From NCBI RefSeq assembly GCF_006345805.1, contig NC_043015.1, positions 32,922,001 to 32,986,000 on the forward strand: DNA of 64,000 nt. The letters are read 5' to 3'. Source of the stretch: Octopus sinensis (Eukaryota). Both the position numbers and the translations under genes were made by a program. This document shows positions 53,300 to 64,000 of the stretch, in pieces. A model generated the notes under the pieces. That model was not told the DNA's origin. It ran no database searches and saw only the letters and a program-made list of their open reading frames with translations. Numbering within the stretch: the first letter of the stretch is position 1; every line of letters begins with the position of its first letter.

Positions 53300-54050
53300 A
53301 AGGCGTTAGGGTATGGTGTAAGTGAAAGACCTAGAAGGTCGAGCAGCCACGTAGAGATTCCTTCTGTAGAATTGGAGGAACAAGAAATACAATTAAGCGT
53401 TTTGTTCATACTATTCACACTTCGAATGGTGAGTGTCGTTTTGTTCTATTGTTAATAATGTTATGTATCTTTTATATAAGGTTCATGAGTAATATGTTGG
53501 TTGAATGTAGCTGACTGAATATGTAATACGTGTTGGGATAATCGAAATTGTGAGTTAGTGATTAATCTTTAGAGAACGTTTAAGATGTTGCTAGAATGGC
53601 AGTAGAAGTGTCACGTTGCATCTGTTTGGTTCTTCTTAGATGGAATCGTTTTAATTTTGATTCAAATTTCGGGAGATTTGGCAATTTGGTATGCGTGGCT
53701 GAAGAGGATGAATTTAACATTAGCTTTCTACCCAAGGTCTTTTATATATATATATATTAGATTTTACTAGGCCTCATATCTTTTGAGTTGCCGGGATTTT
53801 CATGTTAATTTTCTGGTATTTCATCAAATGAAAGACTCCGCTTGGTATATATATCATTAGGACAGTTTCGAAGATTCTGAAGCTATGTTTGTTGCGCTTA
53901 CTGATAAGTACCACGTAAAAATAATATGGGGGAGTCGGTAGTTGAGACAGAGTGTTGGTATTGGCATACAATTGGTATTGGCATACAATTCTGATAACTC
54001 AATTTGTGAAGCTGAAAATGTTGTCTGGGGTGAAAATATAAAGTAAGTTT
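53300..54050 (-). pseudogene. Possible highly decayed Penelope-like GIY-YIG region
   Basis: Scattered motifs KLSYQNCMP (compare KLSYSCMP), NLRNCP, IYQAE and RCNV in order but in several frames. Confidence 0.25.
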
Positions 54051-54814
54051 AGTTGTTATGGTTTCATATCACATTTTGTGTTATATATACTGACTTTTTT
54101 AATCAGAATATGTTATTTACATTCACGTCCATTCTCTCAATGATAATATTCGGGAGGGTGTTGAGCTAATGGGGGTGGTGGAGTGCATAACCTAATGTGG
54201 CAGTTAGTCATGATGAAGATGTAATGTGTGTGTGGGGGTGCGTTGTGGTTCTTTGTGTAAACGTTTACTCTATAAGTGTGCGTGTGTGTTTCATCTGGTT
54301 TATATATGATATGAATCTTGAAAACCCAGATTTAAATAAACTTCATAACCAAGCGGTATACACCATGGTTCAGGAAAATAAGATCACTCGTGGCTCCAAA
54401 GTTCAATCCCCGGTAAAGACAGCATTTTCGAAAACAGAAAGAGGGCACCTAGGAGTCATGACTTAGGTAGGTCCAGTTCTCTTAGAGTGTCAAGAATTAA
54501 TGAACCGAAACACTTGTTTGGTAGTAATTCTTACACCGAAGATTTCTCCAATTGTCCGCTCGCCTCGTTGCAAGTTTCCACTTACTACTTGGACAATTAG
54601 TTTGTCTTATCCCATCAGCTTTGAGCAATCGAGTGTCACCCGTGATGTCTCTGCTGTGGATGCATCATTTTATATGTCATGAAGCTTCCGCCTTCGTTTG
54701 GTCCGTCCTGTTTTATCGGAATATATTTGAGAGTTTCAATGTGTCTTATGCACGCGCATTTGTGTGTGGTTGAAGCGGAATATTTCTTTTCAAACACATA
54801 GTTAACTGCTGCAG

Positions 54815-54863
<49 letters not shown>

Positions 54864-55482
54864 CCCACCACCATCGCCACTACTACCACTAAGGAAGAGA
54901 GAATTGCCTTTAACTTTAAGCTTTAAGAGTGTTGGGAATTTATAATTACATTAAACAGTGAAGAGCATACACAACTTTCTATATAATTTTTTTATCCACT
55001 TCCGTGCGATAAAGTTCTTGAAGTTCCTAGTAGTCCTGAACAACACTATTTCGCTCTCCTTATGACCTCGTCAGCTCGATATAACTCGGGAGTTGAAATT
55101 ATGCTAAATTATTTCTTTTGTCAATGCAATATGATCATGGTTCATGTTCAGTTTTTTTTTGTTTTTTTTTTTTTTGCTTTTTGTTTTTCGTTTTGTTTTA
55201 ACTCTGCAAAAGTGTTTTGAGACTGTCAATATCATAGAGCAGTATGCTTAGTTTTTCCTAATTCTCTTTTAATATAAATGGTGCTGCTTGGCTACATTTG
55301 ATGCCGAAATCGAGTGCGATGCATCTGACAAGATCTTTGTCAAAGCTGAAGTCATTCACAAGATATCCGTTGAGATTCCGGAGATATAGAGTTGAGGGTA
55401 TTTTGATTTTCCATTCTTACTTTGGTGTATGTGTGTGTATGTGCGTGTATGTGTGTGTGCATATGTGTGTGTATGTGTGGGC

Positions 55483-55537
<55 letters not shown>

Positions 55538-55898
55538 GTAAGCGTTTTGAGTTCTCTGCTTACATGCCTATCTACTTGTGTGCGCTTTTCTTAGTGTGTG
55601 AAAATATCTCTATATTTGTGTGTGTTCTCGTGCGTTTAATGTGGCATTTGATGTCTACTATTGTTATTGCTGCTGTTAGTAATGGTGGTGGTGTTGAGTT
55701 GTTGATGGTTATGGTAGTGGTAGTAATCGGTGAAAGTGGTAGTTGCATTGGTGGTATCGGTATTGGTGTTCTGTTGTTTTCGTTGTTGTTCTTGTCTTCG
55801 GCGATGGATAATCAGCCTTTTGTGACTTCTTGAAAATTGCTATTTGATTTGGTCTATTGTCAAAAGAAACCTTTCAATTGTATACTGTCAACAATAAA

Positions 55899-56281
55899 AC
55901 ACTAGGTGTCTCTGCTAGTTGGTATTATCATTCTAGAGACCATGTGACCTTTCTAACACGACTATAGAACGGCCCACCATGAACTCTCTTGTCTTTATGT
56001 TTTCAGGAATAACCACTAGATGTCACTACTGGACAATCCTATCGGATTAAAGAACCAAAATCTGGTGAATGATTTTCATTTAGCGATAGGCAACAGGTGT
56101 CGCTAATGGACATCCAGCATCTCTCTGGAAATCATATGTAATTGTTTAGGTTATATTGTATTACCAACAATACATCCACCAGGTGTCACTTCTGTAAAGT
56201 CTTCTGCACATAGTAGAGAACATATAAGATGCAATGAAGTTATTATTCCGTTATGGAGGCTATAAGCCATCAGGTGTCACA
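55899..56281 (+). promoter_or_regulatory. Homotypic cluster of five 15-bp motifs with core YAGRTGTCRC
   Basis: Motifs start at 55899, 56013, 56090, 56176 and 56267, all on one strand, with unrelated spacers. Confidence 0.45.
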
Positions 56282-56702
56282 TGAGTTCTGTTAATCAGCG
56301 ATCTATAAATTAGGTAAAATTCCAAATCTAAATTCCATTGAAAATATCATAATAACTAGCTTCCCTGCCTACAGTATCAATTAAAGACAACATGTCACGT
56401 TAAGATTTGATATCGTTAACTAAAATCTTCTCAGCTAATGACAGCGTCTTGTGGCGAATAATCTTAACCAAACGAACGGTAAAACCGCACGGTTACATCC
56501 GGTTAAAGCCGTTGCAACGGAAACATTCGCTTGATGTTGGAACGAATTGCCAAACAGGTATACAATTTGTATCTAATCTGTTTTTCCGATCTTGCAGTAG
56601 TTTTGCTGGCTTCGGACATCATTATTGAAGTAATTCCGCATAGATCTACTTTAATCTGAAAGTGGCTTAACTAATTAGCTACATGGTGCTTACATTCCAG
56701 TG

Positions 56703-56757
<55 letters not shown>

Positions 56758-56764
56758 GCGAATG

Positions 56765-56849
<85 letters not shown>

Positions 56850-56958
56850 CACGCGTGCACACACAAGAAACACTCGCACACAAACTCGCGCTCATAAACA
56901 AAAACATACACATATATTAGAAACAGAGATGAGAGGATGGATGCACACACACATACAC

Positions 56959-57000
<42 letters not shown>

Positions 57001-57077
57001 GATAGATAGATAGATAGATAGATACGCGCAGGTAGATGCAAACATGTTTCAAAATATACACACATACACACACACAC

Positions 57078-57122
<45 letters not shown>

Positions 57123-57341
57123 GCACATACATACCTCTGTAAGTGTGTGTGTATGTTTATATATATATACTGTATATATATGCATGTGTATATTTACATG
57201 TATATATATATGTATATATATATTTAAAATATATATACATTATCTATTGTATAGATATGTAATACACATATATACATATATACATGTTTGTAACAATTCA
57301 CCCAGTGCATTTCTCTCTTTCTGTGTGTGTATATATATATA

Positions 57342-57372
<31 letters not shown>

Positions 57373-57489
57373 ATGTATTCACATACATAAATTCCTTGAC
57401 ATGCGCATGTACATGTATATATGTGTATATGTACATGTACTCCGTGTCTGTGTATATATATGTGTGTGTGCTTGTGTTTTTTACATGTG

Positions 57490-57538
<49 letters not shown>

Positions 57539-57837
57539 TATTATATAATATATATATATATAATATATATAATATTACACCACGTATACTACAAGTGTAG
57601 ACGTGAGATTGGTTTAAGATTCATGGGGAGAATCTTATATACGTTATAGCAGAATATCGCAGAACATATTTCCTGTAAATTGAAATCTGATGTCTTTAAT
57701 AATCAAATTAAGAGAAACAAACCCATTCGAGGCTGTGGGGTGCCGGCCTCTTGGCTGAAGTATCCACAATGCCCGCGTCCGGTCAACCGGCAGCTGAAAA
57801 GTCAATGACACGGCTGCTGCTGTTGTTGTTGTTGTTT

Positions 57838-57889
<52 letters not shown>

Positions 57890-58479
57890 GCCCTGTGTCA
57901 AACTTAATCAAGTAATCCTTTGGTCAAAGGTATTTTAGGCCATAACCATCTCACCTGTTATTTAGACCCAGTGCTCAAAAGGCCTACATTATCCAAGATT
58001 GTCTTCTCTTAGTTTGCTTAAGAATGCAGGGTGTGATTTAAGGGAGATTAAGTTGCTCTTTCTATCTGGTCGAATGACCAAACAGACTGGTTGATTGGAA
58101 CGATAGTTAGAAATAAGTACAATAAGTAGGTACAATTCATAGCTCCATGGAGTCTATGTTGCTGTATAAAGTGATGCGTTGATACTTGTTCACTGCAGTA
58201 CCTAGTCCGGTACTTCAATGGATACCAGAGTACGATAGAGTTCACCATTATACTAAATCTACTTACATGTAAATAGTTAGAATGGCATAAGAATACAAAT
58301 TAATGGACAAGAGTTAATCGATGGAATTGACCGCACAACTTAACTGGTTCTTTATTTTATGGAGAGATGAAGGTCAAAGATAACTTAGGCAAGATTTACA
58401 GTCAAGTCAAGAATAAACGCAACAAAATATTACATGGCTTTTTTCCAACGTTTTAGCAATTCTGTCAATGCATCGCACC

Positions 58480-58514
<35 letters not shown>

Positions 58515-58543
58515 TAATAATAATAATATTAATAATAATAATA

Positions 58544-59033
58544 AAAAGTCACAGAAAACGAGAAAGCAACCATACTCTGGGATATGCCGATACACACATA
58601 TAGAGAAATTAAGGCCAATAGACCAGATATAGTTGTCAGAGATCATGAAGAAGAAAAATGCTTTCTAATTGATGTATCAATAGCGGCTGATGACAACGTG
58701 TCTCTAAAAGAAATGGAGAAACTCTCAAAATACAAAGACCTGGAAATAGAGGTAACTAGAATGTGGAATCTGAAAACAGAAACAATTCCTATCATAGTAG
58801 GTGCATTAGCATGATAAAAAAATATTCAGACAATACATAACAAAAACACCAGGACTTACAAACACATATAACATACAGAAAATTGCACTACTAGGCACTG
58901 CACACATCCTACGCAGAACACTTTCCATACAATAACCATCAGAGCATCACAACAAATCACAGCAACATACCCAAGGCACACAGAGCTGTGCTCGGTATTG
59001 AAGTGAAAGCACGCTATAAAAATAAAACTACTG
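58544..59033 (+). pseudogene. R4/Dong-like retrotransposon, 5'-truncated (RLE domain plus 3' UTR), inserted in (TAA)n
   Basis: KVTENEKATILWDMPIHT.REIKANRPDIVVRD..CFLIDVSI..KEMEKLSKYKDLEIEVTRMW..IIVGAL..IQKIALLGTAHILRRTLSIQ* (PD..D..K nuclease); TAA repeats on both sides. Confidence 0.92.
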
Positions 59034-59112
59034 ATAATAATAATAATATAATAATAATAATAATAATAATAATATAATAATAATAATAATAATAAAATAT
59101 AATAATAATATA

Positions 59113-59780
59113 CCCTGATGCCATACCAGTGCCCTGATGCAGTACCGATGCCCTGATACGGTACCAATGCTCTGATGCGGTACCAATGCTCTGATGCAGT
59201 ACCAATGCTCTGATGCGGTACCAATGCCCTGATGCAGTACCAGGCAGTTGCTCTCGTGGCTTCTGATATTAACTGATTGGAAGTGTTATCATGTACATTG
59301 TTTTGTCTTGGTATAAAAGATGGGCTACAGCAAATATTCTGCTCAATACCACAGATTTGCTTGTCAGTTGTTTGACCGTAACCAGTTGAGCATGTCTTTT
59401 AGTGGCTGACGATATGTGCATCTCTGATCACGAGCAGAAGTAGTCGGGGAGCATCATAGCCATGTGTTGAGAGGGATTCTTTGGGGTTTGAATAATTCAC
59501 CTCTGGAAACATGGGTGTTTCGTTCAACATCCTTAAACAATCCTTATTCAGGGACCAATTGAGCGGGATGGGTTACTCGATCAGAAGGAAATTCTAACTG
59601 GGCCTCACCTGCAAGATCATGTACGGTTTATCTTGATATGAAATCACCATGTTGCGCACATATGGATGTGATGCATGTACCTAGTGTACTCTTATCAGAC
59701 GGGTAGTCATGATGGGTATACTGGGCTTCGTATATTTTACCCCAGTGTCACTTTGATGGCATGCACTACTCTCTCACTCA
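59113..59780 (+). mobile_element. Unclassified TAA-associated non-coding element, full length, with seven 19-bp 5' repeats
   Basis: Bounded by (TAA)n on both sides; homologous pieces at 21175-21469, 22970-23167 and 31495-31990. Confidence 0.85.
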
Positions 59781-59863
59781 ATAATAATAATCATAATAAG
59801 AAAAAGAAGAAGAGGAGGAGGAGGAATAAGAAGAAGAAGAAGAAGAAGAAGGAGGAGGAGGAG

Positions 59864-59898
<35 letters not shown>

Positions 59899-59905
59899 TA
59901 ATAAT

Positions 59906-59938
<33 letters not shown>

Positions 59939-59967
59939 AAGAAGAAGAAGAAGAAGAAGAAAAGAAG

Positions 59968-59999
<32 letters not shown>

Positions 60000-60009
60000 G
60001 AACAAGAAT

Positions 60010-60140
60010 TGTTTCTTTCTTACATAGGTGCGCAAGGCCTGCAATTGGTGAGAATGGTCGATTAGGTCGGCCCCAGAACTTGTACTTTAGCTTAGCGACT
60101 CCGAAAGGATGGAAGCCAAAGTCGAATTTGGACGAACGCC
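60010..60140 (-). mobile_element. SINE family B 3' part (tail type 3-like), diverged
   Basis: ttacataggtgcgcaaggcctgcaatt...ccgaaaggatggaagccaaagtcgaatt. Confidence 0.55.
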
Positions 60141-60284
60141 AAAGAAAAGAAAAACAAATTACTCCCACACAAAAACAAACTAAATACTCACTGACTTAAT
60201 TAATTAAATGCTCATTAAATATTATTATATGTTGCCTAAATACTGTCTCTCTCTCCCCCCTCTCTGTCTGTCATTCTGTCTCTG

Positions 60285-60348
<64 letters not shown>

Positions 60349-60435
60349 CTGTGTACTTATGTATATGAATCTATGTATCTACGTATAGGTATATATATAT
60401 ATATATATATATGGGTGTGTATGTGTGTGTGTATG

Positions 60436-60477
<42 letters not shown>

Positions 60478-60892
60478 TACATGCATACACACACACACTT
60501 ACACACACACACACACATCAAATTTAATACAATTTACTGGAGATATATGATACCGTTGATTCATGCTTGCTGATTAAGACCGAAATATAATCTAAGAACA
60601 AATTTAAAACATTATATTTCCATGCTGGGAGATGTAATTACTAAAAATTATAACATAGTAATTCATATCACCATTGGAGCCGATAACTTTCATGCAGTTG
60701 TGAGTTGCATGTTTTACATATTTGCTTTGTCATGTGACTCGGCCCGATGATCACGAGTTCAGTGCTATTTCGCTGTTCGATGTCGAGGCTTGGTTATGCA
60801 ATCGAATAAGACGTCGAGAAGTAAAGAAACTTGAAGGTTCCTGGTTTTACTTGGGTGTCTACGTTACTCTAGGACTACGTTGTTTCATTTGA

Positions 60893-61285
60893 GCGTGGTA
60901 AGTAGCTTGCTTTACCAACCACATGGTTCCGGGTTCAGTCCCACTGCGTGGCACCTTGGGCAACTGTCTTCTACTATAGTCTCGGACCGACCAAAGCCTT
61001 GTGAGTGGATTTGGTAGACGGAAACTGAAAGAAGCCCGTCGTTTATATGTATATATATATATGTGTGTGCGTGTTTGTCTATCTGTGTCTGCCCTCCCCC
61101 CAACATTGCTTGACAACCGATGCTGGTGTGTTTACGTCCCCGTAACTTAGCGGTTTGGCAAAAAGAGGCTGATAGAATAAGTACTAGGTTTACAAAGAAT
61201 AAGTCCTAGGGTCGATTTGCTCGACTAAAAGGCGGTGCTCCAGCACGGCCGCAATCAAAGAACTGAAACAAGTAGAGAGAGTAAA
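60893..61285 (+). mobile_element. SINE family A, near full length, well preserved
   Basis: gtggtaagtagcttgc..ggttccgggttcagtcccactgcgtggcaccttgggcaac...gcacggccgcaatcaaagaactgaaacaag. Confidence 0.9.
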
Positions 61286-61419
61286 TGCATTATAAGGATC
61301 ACACATCAATAACAGAACCGCTATACGGTCACTCGAGCCACTAGAAATAATGGTCACATCTTCCTCAAACTTAACCCTCGCACGAGACACACGGGACTTA
61401 TTTCCCTGGCGTCCATGCA

Positions 61420-61650
61420 TCCTATTCGTAGCAACCTTGTGTAGCAGCCATCATCTAGCCTGTTTGATAATTTCTTTCCCAGTGTCCTGTTCCACTGCCG
61501 TATAAAAGCGCTGGATCTTGATTCGCCTGGGCCATTTGGAACTCCAGACCTTCTTTAGTTTGTGACAGGTTGTCCAAGCTTGTGTCTTCCTGATCTTAAT
61601 GTCTGCTTCTGAACTGCTCATCCAACCATCTAAGTACATTCAATTTAGGA
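61420..61650 (-). pseudogene. RTE-like LINE fragment (RT thumb region)
   Basis: YLDGWMSSSEADIKIRKTQAWTTCHKLKKVWSS...RIKI and LDDGCYTRLLRI. Confidence 0.75.
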
Positions 61651-62155
61651 CCGCTCGAAGCAAACAGTTCAGCATCACATGATTGGTTGAAACGAATGTT
61701 TCTATGGGGACCTGCCCAAAGTTAGCGTGAAGATCAGACAAAAAGCTGCTGCGACAATCTGGTCACTAAGAAAACAGAGAGAAAGAGAGAGGGGGGCGGT
61801 GTTTTATTCTGGATGTGCTTGTGATATTTATGATTTAGTGGAAATAAATTATATTTTAGAAGTCTTTGATGATTTAGTACCAAATATTTAAACTGAACGA
61901 AGGTTTAAACAATCAAATGCTCTTTGTCCCATTTTTACGTTTAAAACCAGCATTCCTATAGAGTTCGATTTTGTCAGTGAAACCCCCATGGTGCAATGCG
62001 TCTATATAATGTGGTGCACCGCTATTAAGGACACCTCAACTGAATACAGGAAAATGTCTGTTAACTAATGTACAATACTAAGTTCGGGAAATTGCAGGGG
62101 GCGATTTGAACTTTTGCTGATATACTGTAATTTTTCGGTGAGTTTCATTTAACAG

Positions 62156-62542
62156 TAACTAGCAGTATCGCCCGGCGTTGCTCAGGTTTGTAAGGGAAAT
62201 AACTATAAAGCATTTTTAGAGAGTTATAGCCAAAAAATAGCAAAAAAATGGAAAAAAATGATGGTAAATTTTTTTTTGATAGTTAAAAAAGGTGGAGTTG
62301 CGTCCCCTACACAGTTTGTGGTTTGTGTTCCTGATTCTCGACCCCATGTCGAATTTATCGTCTTTTTTCAGAACTGGGGGAACTTTTCAAAATTTTCGCT
62401 GCGTTAGTTTTCAATTATGACATTGGGCTACGTGTGTGTCAAGTTTCATCAGAATCGGTTGAAAGCCGTGGTCAGGGTGAGGGTACAAGCAAACAGACAC
62501 ACAGAAACACGCACAGACAAACTGCCGTTTATATAGAGAGAG
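62156..62542 (+). mobile_element. Non-autonomous Helitron/HINE (DINE-1/Lep1-like) element
   Basis: Starts taactagcagtatcgcccggcgttgctc; 3' part aagtttcatcagaatcggtt...acagaca..tttatatagagagat, typical of this class from memory. Confidence 0.65.
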
Positions 62543-62543
62543 A

Positions 62544-63104
62544 TACTGGGTTAGTCAAAAAGAAAGAGCAGATTTTAAAATTATTTTTAAAGCAAACGGT
62601 AAGGGACACAAACACTTTCTACATATTTTTTGATAGAGGAAGGTTTAAAGTTTTTAGCTGAACATGATCAATTGAATTAAGCCTTAAATAAGATATTTTA
62701 ATTTTGTTTCAATGTTTCATTTTGTTCATTTTATTTCAAGTTGTATAATTTTCATTTGTGTAATCCCTTAGAAAATGGTGACGCCACAAGAAAAGTCTTT
62801 TTGTGTGCTGCAGTTGGAGAAATGCGAATCGATTGTGCAAGTGCAACGTGAGTTTCGCCGCCGATCCAATAAAAATCCACCTCGTCACAAGCAAATTTAC
62901 GAATGGCACAAATATTTCACAGAAAAAGGTTGCATTTGTAAAGGAAAAATCACTGGTGCTCACGGAGCTCCTGATGAGTGCATACGACCTTAAAATAAAC
63001 TTTAAACCTTCCCCTATCAAGAAATATGTAGAATGTGTTTGTGTCTCTTAGCGTTTGTTTTTAAAATAAATTAAAAACCTGCTCTTTCTTTTTGACTAAC
63101 CCTG
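62544..63104 (+). mobile_element. Tc1/mariner deletion derivative with ~110-bp TIRs and TA TSD
   Basis: TA|c(t/a)gggttagtcaaaaagaaagagcag ... ctgctctttctttttgactaaccctg|TA; keeps only the transposase N-terminal HTH (MVTPQEKSFCVLQ..VQVQREFRRR..IYEWHKYFTEKGC). Confidence 0.9.
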
Positions 63105-63654
63105 TATTTATTAGTATCTGAGTTTAAGTTTTGTCCAAGAAATTCACTGCACTATAATTAGTATCAAGCGTGATCCGTAGATTTATGCTTAAATTTATCT
63201 CTGAGGCCTTTTCTAAATTTATTCAAATCATGACCGTTCATATTACACGTAACAGTTAAGTCATCCTCACAGAATAAATTCCCTTCCAATCAAGGAATCT
63301 TATTAGAAGAAATTATAAACTATAAAGCCAGTTAATTTTGAATAGTTCGACCTTGTCGTGACTCCCCATGGAAGCATTTAATTCTTCATCGCCAGTATTT
63401 TTCTTTTTTTCTGAAAAACATGAATGAATTATCGAAGACTAACAGAGATTTCATTACGTGCAGGGTGATCCAAATTTAAGATTCACTTTTTAAAGTAAAA
63501 TAAGTAACTTAATCTTATATTTTATGAAAAATAAGTTTTAGTGAAGAGGAATCAAACCGGAATTGGGTCAAATTGTGTGAAATTATAAAGCTACTTTTAT
63601 TGAAAGCTTTGCAATACTAAAATGGAACCGCAAGTATTCAATAATTCTTTCTAC

Positions 63655-63820
63655 TATCGGCACGTGGCCTGGAATTTTGGGAGAGGGGCCAAGTTGATTA
63701 TTTCAACCTTAGAGCTCAACCATGAAAGTATGACCGGCAAAGCCGAAATTAGAACATAAAGACGGACGAAATGTCGCTAAGCATTTTGTCCGGCATGCAA
63801 GCGATTCTGCCAGCTCGCTG
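63655..63820 (-). mobile_element. SINE family B (tail type 3)
   Basis: ttctactatcggcacgtggcctggaatttt...gctaagcattttgtccggcatgcaagcgattctgccagctcgc. Confidence 0.75.
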
Positions 63821-63854
63821 TATTACTATTATTCCATAATAAAAGAGAAATTGT

Positions 63855-64000
63855 TGTTGTTGTTGTTGGCATTCTTTTGTCTCGGGAGACAATGGAGTTG
63901 CGCATAAACTAATCCAGTCTGGTTTTTATATTTCATGTCCTCTCCAGTTTCCTCTCCAGTTTTGCGCAGGCCTGGGCTAGATGTAAGAAAATCCTGGGTA
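63855..64000 (-). mobile_element. Possible LINE (RTE-like) 3' end with (AAC)n tail
   Basis: Reverse complement ends ...ccattgtctcccgagacaaaagaatgcc-(aac)n; runs off the window edge. Confidence 0.35.

Noticed and set aside
55899-56281. CRISPR-like repeat-spacer appearance of the motif cluster
   Set aside because: Repeats are only 15 bp and degenerate, spacers are 62-99 bp and irregular, the context is eukaryotic and there are no cas genes.
59226-59610. HDV-like ribozyme in the TAA element (GCCCTGA/TCAGGG and CTTCTGAT/ATCAGAAG long-range pairings, CTAA motif)
   Set aside because: I could not build P2, P3 and L3 in the required order; needs a descriptor search before any claim.

Overview
Eukaryotic, AT-rich, repeat-saturated DNA with no confidently identifiable host protein-coding gene, rRNA, intact tRNA or CRISPR array. 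The SINE repertoire and microsatellite load suggest an octopus (coleoid cephalopod); this is inference. Almost all ORFs in the supplied track are microsatellite artefacts. Recognisable content: about 25 copies or fragments of two tRNA-derived SINE families; four R4/Dong-like non-LTR retrotransposon remnants, three of them abutting (TAA)n; a Penelope-like RT + GIY-YIG pseudogene (36980-38395); three Tc1/mariner remnants; a Helitron/HINE-like element; an RTE fragment; three long inverted repeats; and a 100-N gap. The most notable signals are: (1) multiple minimal type I hammerhead ribozyme motifs, several with intact cores; (2) a tRNA-headed SINE carrying an intact hammerhead in its 3' tail, inserted with an 8-bp target-site duplication; (3) an unclassified ~560-bp non-coding element always bordered by (TAA)n; and (4) a spaced cluster of five CTCF/T-box-like motifs. 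All family assignments come from motif recall and manual alignment, not database searches, and element boundaries are approximate.
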